Source: an uncultured Acidobacteriota bacterium (GTDB lineage: Bacteria; Acidobacteriota; Vicinamibacteria; Vicinamibacterales; UBA8438). From it: a stretch of 64,000 bases of DNA. The notes beneath the pieces were generated by a model. It did no database searches and was not told the origin of the DNA. It was given only the letters and a program-made list of their open reading frames with translations. This document shows, piece by piece, positions 56,694 to 64,000 of the stretch. Each line of letters begins with the position of its first letter. The first letter of the stretch is position 1. The translations under genes and the position numbers were made by a program. The stretch is taken from NCBI GenBank assembly GCA_913043225.1, contig CAJWLU010000010.1, positions 64,001 to 128,000 of the forward strand, read 5' to 3'.

Positions 56694-57392
56694 GTGGCAT
56701 CGATGCGGCTATGGTCCCCCCAGCTTGTCTTCGCCCTGGTCGTCTTGACGGTCAGCTGTGGTTCAGAGAGCGGTAGCCCTACCGGCCCGTCGAGTGCGTT
56801 GGTCATCGGCGGTCCCTTTGCGGCCGAACTGGTGGCCTTCGACGCCCAAGACACTACTAATCCTTACCGGACCGGCGGAGTGGTGTTTCTGGGCAGTTCG
56901 TCGATCAGGTTCTGGGATCTAGATCGGTCGTTTCCTGGGCGCGACTATTTGAACCGCGGTTTTGGCGGCTCACAGATCTCTGATGCACTCGAATACCTGG
57001 ATCTGCTGGTGCTCCGCCACGAACCGGCAGTGGTGGTCTTTTACGCCGGGGACAACGACATCGCAGCGGGAAAGAAACCGGCGCGCGTGGCGGCTGATTT
57101 CGAGATGCTCGTTGCACGGCTCCACGCGCGGATGCCGTCGACTCGGGTGTTGTTTCTTGCCATCAAACCGAGCCTGGCGCGGCTTAGCCTCCTCGAGGCG
57201 ATGCAGGAGGCGAATGCCCTTGTTGCCGACGACTGCGCCACGGACGCCAGGTTGACCTACATCGATGTGCACACGCCGATGCTCGACAGCGACGGGCAGC
57301 CTCAGGCCCACTTGTTAGCTGATGACGGACTTCATCTGTCGGCGGCCGGTTATGCCCTATGGACTCAACTGGTGCGGCCACATGTGCCTTAG
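56694..57392 (+). CDS. SGNH/GDSL hydrolase lipoprotein
   Basis: LTVSC lipobox; FLGSSSI, NRGFGGS, YAGDND, DGLH. Confidence 0.92.
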   Translation: MASMRLWSPQLVFALVVLTVSCGSESGSPTGPSSALVIGGPFAAELVAFDAQDTTNPYRTGGVVFLGSSSIRFWDLDRSFPGRDYLNRGFGGSQISDALEYLDLLVLRHEPAVVVFYAGDNDIAAGKKPARVAADFEMLVARLHARMPSTRVLFLAIKPSLARLSLLEAMQEANALVADDCATDARLTYIDVHTPMLDSDGQPQAHLLADDGLHLSAAGYALWTQLVRPHVP

Positions 57393-57450
57393 CGTGTCTT
57401 GATGACCCGGCGGTGCTTGCGAGCCGGTCGAGAGTGAATGTCTTTTTAAG

Positions 57451-58200
57451 TCAATTGCCTGGCTGATAGCCAAGGTCAGACCTATTCGTGTAGTTCACTA
57501 TTTCGACATCCCGACACAGGCGGTTGACGCGGCCGATTAGCCCTTGCAGGTCACTGCCAAGTGCGGTCCCTGTCTTCTCGAGATCGGCGTCCAGGTCCTG
57601 ACCGTCTCGTGCGAGGAACACAATAGTGAACGCAGGGCCTTTTGCGCCGAGTACTAGTTCACGGACCACCCTCCGGCCAGCGATGCCATGTTGTCTGTAC
57701 AGCCCACGTATTTCTCTCAAGAGCTCGGCTACCTGCTGGGTCAAGCCAAACTTTGGGTATAGCACTACCTCACGCACGACGCCAATCTCACCGGCTTCTA
57801 CGCGCAATGTGTCAGGAATATAGCTAAGGTCGGGACGCGCTTGCCACACAGATCGATCAATCGACTCTATGAGGTCGGTCACACCTCTAGAATTCGTGCC
57901 GGCCGGCATGTCTGCGATCTCTTGGCGCCATGTACCGACGGATGCGAATGAATCGTCGAGGATCGTCTGGAATCGATAATGGCTCCTGCTCTCATTCACT
58001 GCAGCAAGTCGGCCAAAACTGACTCCGCCTTCCGCCATGCGAGCTGTCCGCGCCTTGGACGCGGACTCGAACTCTGCAGTTACTCCAGGTGGAACGTGCA
58101 CGTCCTCTCTTAGAACGAATTGAGCGCTGGCGCTTCCAGTAGCTGCAACCAAACACCCAAGAGTGAGCAGAAAAACTGCAGAACGAGTACTGATCGTCAT
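57451..58200 (-). CDS. Secreted hypothetical protein with two repeated ferredoxin-like domains
   Basis: Signal peptide; both halves start with RE.V...P/KFG and end RPDLSY / RSDLGY. Confidence 0.75.
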   Translation of the reverse strand: MTISTRSAVFLLTLGCLVAATGSASAQFVLREDVHVPPGVTAEFESASKARTARMAEGGVSFGRLAAVNESRSHYRFQTILDDSFASVGTWRQEIADMPAGTNSRGVTDLIESIDRSVWQARPDLSYIPDTLRVEAGEIGVVREVVLYPKFGLTQQVAELLREIRGLYRQHGIAGRRVVRELVLGAKGPAFTIVFLARDGQDLDADLEKTGTALGSDLQGLIGRVNRLCRDVEIVNYTNRSDLGYQPGN

Positions 58201-58230
58201 TGCTGTACCCCAAGCATCAACACGACGCCA

Positions 58231-58941
58231 TTAATTGTTACGAGCAAACACTAAGTGTGAGAGCCACAGCGATGGTGTGCTGCACGACATGTCTCCGCTC
58301 GGCCCTTGCGGGTTCTGCTGTAGACGATCCATGGCCTCACCAAAGCCCGTCGTGCTAGGGAAATAGACCCGCATCGCGACTGTTGATCCCATTTCCGTCC
58401 TTGCTCCACCAAACGTCGGCATCGCAACAGCGCCGCGTCCGCCGGTGGCTTGGCTAAGTCCCTCAGCCGCGGTCATGGCATCAGCGAGTGTGGCTCCATT
58501 CATCTCGCAGCGAGCTACCGCTGTTGGGCTTTCCTGCGGGAGAGAGCCACCTGGTGGCACCGCAAACCTGACACTGGCGATAACCGCGCGCGGTGTACAG
58601 GTGGCAACGTCCGTAAAGCCACGGCCATTTCGTCCGCCTGGTCGATTTCGAAACGCGACGCGTTTCTCAACCAGGTCCGAATAACTGGGATAGTAAGAAT
58701 CAAATATGAAGTCGTACTCAAAGTCCGCACTCACAGCAATCGCTTCTCTGAATATGACTACACCAGGGGCCGTGCTGTCTGACCACTCAAACGCCCTCGC
58801 GGTCTCAACAACGTCAGCCATGCTGTAGCCTGGATTAATGCTGCAAAATCGCATTCTCTGAGCGATGACGTTGTCTTGCGCAAAGACAGATGATGCCCAC
58901 ACGCTGAGAACTGCTGCCAAAAGCACCTGCCGCTTTACCAT
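58231..58941 (-). CDS. Secreted four-Cys two-domain hypothetical protein (paralog 2)
   Basis: CSINPGYSMADVVETARAFEWS versus CTINSGYTMADVVETARSFEWS in paralog 1. Confidence 0.85.
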   Translation of the reverse strand: MVKRQVLLAAVLSVWASSVFAQDNVIAQRMRFCSINPGYSMADVVETARAFEWSDSTAPGVVIFREAIAVSADFEYDFIFDSYYPSYSDLVEKRVAFRNRPGGRNGRGFTDVATCTPRAVIASVRFAVPPGGSLPQESPTAVARCEMNGATLADAMTAAEGLSQATGGRGAVAMPTFGGARTEMGSTVAMRVYFPSTTGFGEAMDRLQQNPQGPSGDMSCSTPSLWLSHLVFARNN

Positions 58942-58967
58942 TGAAATATCCCTTCAGAGTCAACGAA

Positions 58968-59711
58968 TTAGTTTGTTAGGTCGCTGTAAATGCCGGTGGT
59001 CGCCCACAGTGATGGTCTGTCGCAGGAGAATCCAGCGGTGCTGTAGTTCCCGAGTTCAGGCCGGAAGCCATTAAGCCGAAGATCTAGTCCTTCGGTCAAC
59101 TCTTCCCTTGAAGTCCCTACAATGGCCAGAACAAAGTCACTTTCGCGATTCAGCGGACCTCCCAGTCCAGGCAAATACATCTGGACAAGAGCTTCGTTGC
59201 CAGCGGCACCATAGTTGCCAGCGATCGTTGAGATTCGGTTGAATGCGCCACGGAGCGAACCGTCGGTTAGACGGCAAAATGACGTAGTCATAGCGGTCGG
59301 ATTGGCGAACGGGCCCTCCGCCTGACGCGCAGTAAAGTTCCTGAGCACCTGCGCTGGACCGCAGCTCATGGGCAGGCGGCCCCGCACCGAGTTGGCCGCT
59401 GCTACCCGCCGGTTAATCATCTCCGTAAAGCTTGGATAAAAGAGCGCGACCTGCACGTCCCAGCGTTCCTGATATTCAGCAGACACGTAGACGGGGCGTC
59501 GAAAGAAGACGTTGTCTGGAGAGGTGTCGTTTCGAGGTAGGTCACGAGCCCTCTCTACAAGATCAGCGAAAGTGAAGCCATCGTCTATCGTGCAATTAGT
59601 TAGCCGCACTACTGATTGATCTGGCGGAGGCGGTGGTTCTTGCGCGCGTCCTTCAGCTTCACAGAACACCGAGAGAACTAGCGTCAAGGCGAAGAATTTC
59701 ACTAACTTCAT
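58968..59711 (-). CDS. Secreted four-Cys two-domain hypothetical protein (paralog 3, divergent)
   Basis: ATG 59711; CTIDDGFTFADLVERAR, YPSF, terminal SCDRPSLW. Confidence 0.82.
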   Translation of the reverse strand: MKLVKFFALTLVLSVFCEAEGRAQEPPPPPDQSVVRLTNCTIDDGFTFADLVERARDLPRNDTSPDNVFFRRPVYVSAEYQERWDVQVALFYPSFTEMINRRVAAANSVRGRLPMSCGPAQVLRNFTARQAEGPFANPTAMTTSFCRLTDGSLRGAFNRISTIAGNYGAAGNEALVQMYLPGLGGPLNRESDFVLAIVGTSREELTEGLDLRLNGFRPELGNYSTAGFSCDRPSLWATTGIYSDLTN

Positions 59712-60190
59712 GAGTCTTGATCTCCCTAGGCATACCCGGGCACAGAGTCCCAAAAGGCCCTGCAAGTTCGCGCCTTGCTGTATGGGTAGGTAAGTATTCC
59801 GTATAGTTGACGACGCTTTTTATTGTCGGCGCCCATGGTGGCACGAGGAATACTGACGAGTCAATGCGACAGGTGGGCGAGGTGCGCTGTGACGCGATCG
59901 CGAACCTGGGCTGGTGGGAGGGAGAGTGAGGCTCCATGAGACCGAAACGTAATAGTCGTTGGCCGGATTGACCGACGAAGCCATGTGCATTCCCTTGTCA
60001 ACGTGGATTGTCCGTGTGCCGGCCCGCGAAGTCTGGTGATGACCGGCGTGGAGGGGGTCGGCCTAAGGTGACGTTGCGTCGACCGCACTCTCCATTGCAG
60101 AATTCGGTGCCGCTTCTCGATTGCCCGCGGTAGGTACCGATGTTCTGCGATTACAAGAGCTGATCTTTCACCACACACTGGAGGCCAAGA

Positions 60191-60574
60191 GTGTCACTGT
60201 CTAACATCATTTCGCTGGAAGAGGATGCCCTCTCATTCGAGGGTAAGGTTACGTCTGTCGCTCTCACCGACGACGGGGGCACGATCACAGGAAGAGGGAA
60301 CGCCTCGGTCTATGGACTCATTTACGTGACCTACAACATCACGGTCAATCCAAGCTCACCAGGTCGGGGTGCCATGGACGGCCGGGCAACGGCGATTGCC
60401 GACGATGGGACTGAGGCCACTGCCGTCCTGAGCGGTGTCTGGGACCGGCAGGGCCACTTGGCGAAGATCTACTGCTTTGATGACATTTCTGATGGGCACA
60501 TCCACCTTGCCGTGGTGTCGATCGACTTCAAAGATGAGTCGTTGCGGGTCGATTTCTCTAGAGTGAAGCGGTAG
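60191..60574 (+). CDS. Hypothetical beta-rich protein
   Basis: GGAGG RBS, GTG start; shares G.W and ISDG pattern with 52089..52472. Confidence 0.75.
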   Translation: MSLSNIISLEEDALSFEGKVTSVALTDDGGTITGRGNASVYGLIYVTYNITVNPSSPGRGAMDGRATAIADDGTEATAVLSGVWDRQGHLAKIYCFDDISDGHIHLAVVSIDFKDESLRVDFSRVKR

Positions 60575-60872
60575 ACAGCGAGGCGGGTTGCCGGAGACCC
60601 CGCGCGGGATCCATAGTCGGCTGGGCGGGAGGTCGCGGTCGCCACTAGTGGCGCCTGGCTTTCCGCCCCTTCCTTCGTCGTCGCGGTGAGGTGACTGGCC
60701 GGGACCGTCATCTGGCCGGCCAGCGGACACCTGGAACTCGGCATACCAGTCGAACGCCTGCGAGTGGCCGAGGCGCTTGACCGGCATGGCGGGAATGAGC
60801 ATGCTCTGAAGTAGCAGTTTCGCGGGCTCCTGTGCGGGCCCGCTCGTGACAACCCAAACAGAGGACAACATC

Positions 60873-61823
60873 GTGTTCACTCGGTCGTGTGCCGTTATGC
60901 TCGCCGCCTGTCTCGTCAGCAGCCTCAGTGTTGCCCAGCCGTCTGATTCGGAGCGCACCTACGAGGTGCCAAGAACGGAGCACGGTGCCCCAGACTTCCA
61001 AGGCGTCTGGAGCACCAGATTCAGCACCGGACTGGAACGCCCACCGGGCATGCCCCTCGTCCTGTCACCCGAGGCGGCAACTGGGTATGCCGCTGCGGTT
61101 GAAACGAGCCTAGCTGGCAACACCGACCCCGACATCGACCGGTTTGGCGCTCACGTGCTGGCGATGGTCGACGGAGAGTACCGGAGTTCGGTCATCACCC
61201 ATCCCGACAACGGGATCCTGCCCTTCAATGAGTACGGCACGAGCCTGTCCGGGCACGCCTACTTTATTGGTCGCGGCTACGACGGTCCTGAGGATCGGCC
61301 GGGCACGGAACGGTGCACCGAAGCGTGGGGCGATCCGCCGATGCGGGCGTTCATGTATCAGCTATTCCATGGCTTCGTGCAGTCGGCCGAGACCATCGCG
61401 ATTGTGAGTGAAGAGGTCAATCCGGTCCGCATCATTCACATGGGCGAGAAGCGGCGCCCGGAGGCGGTTACCGGTTTTGGGGGCCACTCAGTGGGGCGCT
61501 GGGAGGGGAACACGCTGGTGGTGGAGACTACCCACTACAGCGAGCGGAATCCCGAACGTGCCACCATCGCGCGTCCGATGCTACTCAGCGACAAGGCTCG
61601 CGTGACCGAGCGTTTTACCAGGACGTCGAAGACCGAGCTGAACTATCAGTTCGAAGTGGACGATCCAACCTATTACACTGAGCGCTGGCGCGGCGAGTTT
61701 TCCTTTACCCGGGAAGCGAGCCCACGCCTCTACGAGTACGCCTGTCACGAGGGGAACTACAGCATGGTTGTCGCGCTTGAAGGTGAGCGGGTGATCGAGG
61801 CGCAGGCCGCTCGAGATCAGTAG
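60873..61823 (+). CDS. Secreted hypothetical protein (YEYACHEGN family)
   Basis: GAGGA RBS; PDFQGVW, GHSVGRWEGNTLVVETT, LYEYACHEGNY. Confidence 0.8.
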   Translation: MFTRSCAVMLAACLVSSLSVAQPSDSERTYEVPRTEHGAPDFQGVWSTRFSTGLERPPGMPLVLSPEAATGYAAAVETSLAGNTDPDIDRFGAHVLAMVDGEYRSSVITHPDNGILPFNEYGTSLSGHAYFIGRGYDGPEDRPGTERCTEAWGDPPMRAFMYQLFHGFVQSAETIAIVSEEVNPVRIIHMGEKRRPEAVTGFGGHSVGRWEGNTLVVETTHYSERNPERATIARPMLLSDKARVTERFTRTSKTELNYQFEVDDPTYYTERWRGEFSFTREASPRLYEYACHEGNYSMVVALEGERVIEAQAARDQ

Positions 61824-62052
61824 GATCGACCTGTCCCAACCTGCGCTAGTCGATCACCGACTGCTTGCGCCGCTCCCGGTTTCCGGCGCAGCTGCCCCCG
61901 ACGGTATTGCCGAGCCGGTTCATCGATCACTTCGCCGGCGGCCAACATCAACGACCTCGTCCAGTGTACCGCTTGTGGGCAGGTCTGCGAACGGAGGTCC
62001 GGTTTCCCCGCACGCGTGCTATGGTCGGGCCAGACTTGGACAGGAGGATGCC

Positions 62053-63204
62053 GTGCACCGAGCGATCCGACTGAACGTTCTGCTGATATCTGGCGGGCTA
62101 TTGGTCCTGTCGCTCGCCTGCGGGACGCCGCCGCCAGCCGAAGAGTCGCCCGACTCGGTCACGGCCTCGGCGCCTGATCCCGGCGATCCGGATGGGTTCG
62201 TGTTTGACCCGACCTGGCCAAAGCCGCTGCCAGACAACTGGACGCTTGGCAACGTGGTGGGCGTCGCCGTGGACGCCAGGGACCATATCTGGGTGCTCCA
62301 TCGACCCGGGAGTCTGACTGCGGAGGAGGCTGGTGCGGCGGCGAGTCCCCCGCTCGCTGAGTGTTGTCGGCCGGCCCCGCCGGTCATCGAATTCAACCAG
62401 GTGGGTGATGTCGTCCAGGCGTGGGGTGGTCCCGGGGACGGCTACGAGTGGCCGCAGTCGGAACACGGTATCTTCATCGACCATCTCGATAACGTCTGGC
62501 TCGGTGGTAGCGGGGGCGCCGATGCGCAGGTGCTGAAGTTCACCCGGGATGGCGATTTCCTGCTCCAGATTGGCAGACAGGGGCAGAGCCAGGGCAGCAA
62601 CGACCTCGAGAATTTCGGGCAGCCGGCCGAGATCGACGTCGACCCAGAAACGAACGAGGTCTACATCGCCGATGGGTATGGCAACCGCCGGGTTGCGGTC
62701 TTCGACGCCGACACCGGCGAGTATCGCCGCCACTGGGGCGCCTACGGCAACACGCCCACCGACGACGCCTACACCTACGACCCGGACACGCCACCGTCGC
62801 AGCAATTTGGCCGGCCGGTCCACTGCGCAACGCTGTCGGCGGATGGTCTGGTCTACGTCTGCGACCGGGTGAACAACCGTATCCAGGTGTTCGAGCGTGA
62901 TGGCACCTTCCTGAACGAAGTGATGATGGCGCCGCGGACCCTGGGCTTCGGGTCGGCGTTCGACGTCGATTTCTCACCCGACCTAGAGCAGCGGTTCCTC
63001 TACAACGTCGACGGAATGAACCAGCGGGTCTGGCTGATCGAACGGTCGAGGCTGGAGATCGTGGGGTCGTTTGGGTTCGGTGGCCACGTGGCTGGTGGCT
63101 TCACGGCAGCTCACAGCCTCGCCGTCGACTCGCACGGCAGCATTTACATTGGCGAGACACTTGAAGGCAAACGGGTGCAGCGCTTCGTCAGCCGCGCGCC
63201 GTAG
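62053..63204 (+). CDS. NHL-repeat beta-propeller lipoprotein (PAL-like)
   Basis: AGGAGG RBS, GTG 62053, LSLAC lipobox; WP..VAVD..IWVLHRP, YIADGYGNRRV, YVCDRVNNRIQVF. Confidence 0.88.
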   Translation: MHRAIRLNVLLISGGLLVLSLACGTPPPAEESPDSVTASAPDPGDPDGFVFDPTWPKPLPDNWTLGNVVGVAVDARDHIWVLHRPGSLTAEEAGAAASPPLAECCRPAPPVIEFNQVGDVVQAWGGPGDGYEWPQSEHGIFIDHLDNVWLGGSGGADAQVLKFTRDGDFLLQIGRQGQSQGSNDLENFGQPAEIDVDPETNEVYIADGYGNRRVAVFDADTGEYRRHWGAYGNTPTDDAYTYDPDTPPSQQFGRPVHCATLSADGLVYVCDRVNNRIQVFERDGTFLNEVMMAPRTLGFGSAFDVDFSPDLEQRFLYNVDGMNQRVWLIERSRLEIVGSFGFGGHVAGGFTAAHSLAVDSHGSIYIGETLEGKRVQRFVSRAP

Positions 63205-63295
63205 CAGCGCGGCACGAGGACGCCGGCTTGCTAACGCGCCGGACTCGGGCGAGCCAGCCGCGCGCCATTCACGTCCGCGCCGCTGCCGAGGGGGC

Positions 63296-64000
63296 TCATT
63301 CCAGAGCGGGTTGGCCTAAGGGAGACTCGACACGTGCTCGGCGGGAGAGTCGGCCGGCAGGCGCGATCAGCCACAGGTTGCCGGCTAGGCGGCCCACCAG
63401 CATGGCGGCCGCCGCCGCCGTGGCACCGACCCACGACAGGCTGAAGATGGTGACGGTCAGCACACCCACCGCCGCCAGCAGCTCCGCCAGCGACGACCAA
63501 CTGATGGCCCTGGTCTCGCGGGCGTGCAGCAACGTTGACCGCTGGAACGCGATCCACACCGAGCAGAGCGGCATCCAGGCGAGGATGCGGGTCGGCCCCT
63601 CGGCGAACGCCGCGAGGGCCGGCGTTAGACCGGAGACCTGCTCGAACCATACGTTCGCCAGTGGGGTGTAGGCAATCGCCGCCAGCGCGAGAGTCGAGGT
63701 GAGAGCTAGACCGATCCCGAAGTTACGAACGGGCCGATAGTGTTCCCACTGGTCGCCGAAGAGAGTAATCCCGACTTCTTGGTAGGAGAGTCCCAGCGCC
63801 CGAAACAGGAAGGTCAACCCGTGCACTACCGGAATGACGGCGAGTGACTCCACGGGATAGCGGGCGTGAACCAGGAAGAAGGTGATGGTCGGCTGTACGG
63901 ACAGCGTGACCACCGTGGTCAGGGCGAGTGGCAGATAGAAGCTTGAGATTCCGGCCAGATCCAGCGGCGCCCCCGGGGTGGGCGAGCTAGTCGTGAGCCG
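63296..64000 (-). CDS. MATE/MOP-superfamily-like membrane transporter, C-terminal part (start off the window)
   Basis: Open frame to the window edge; FYLPLALT and multiple TM helices. Confidence 0.6.
   Translation of the reverse strand, partial: RLTTSSPTPGAPLDLAGISSFYLPLALTTVVTLSVQPTITFFLVHARYPVESLAVIPVVHGLTFLFRALGLSYQEVGITLFGDQWEHYRPVRNFGIGLALTSTLALAAIAYTPLANVWFEQVSGLTPALAAFAEGPTRILAWMPLCSVWIAFQRSTLLHARETRAISWSSLAELLAAVGVLTVTIFSLSWVGATAAAAAMLVGRLAGNLWLIAPAGRLSRRARVESPLGQPALE

Overview
High-GC bacterial chromosomal window. The gene-family content (DUF1592/DUF1552/ankyrin triad, DUF6152, secreted 'YEYACHEGN' proteins, futalosine pathway) suggests Acidobacteriota, Vicinamibacterales-like; this is inference. 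Left to right: a divergent arginine cluster (argD partial, argB, argC / argR, argH) with tandem ARG boxes; a promoter and multi-hairpin leader ahead of a Zn-ligand/disordered protein; DHS-like and queD; a DtxR/MntR-regulated two-domain multicopper oxidase-ZIP-cupredoxin cassette; CoA-transferase, aminotransferase and rmuC; a ubiquitin-like sulfur-relay cluster (cysteine synthase-rhodanese, JAMM, Ubl, MoeB/MoeZ) followed by Rrf2-iscS-iscA; otsA; a two-component system; a cobalamin-riboswitch-led btu operon with otsB embedded in it; mqnE, sodA, moeA, moaB and nagZ; an ArsC-family gene with an in-frame TGA at the catalytic Cys and a SECIS-like hairpin (probable selenoprotein, missed by the ORF track); a heme-c/PHM-like copper monooxygenase; tRNA-Arg(ACG); then an accessory region with a visibly lower-GC segment of small secreted paralogs. 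Several decayed gene remnants are present. No CRISPR array, rRNA, integrase or transposase was recognised. All calls come from reading motifs by eye; no database searches were run.
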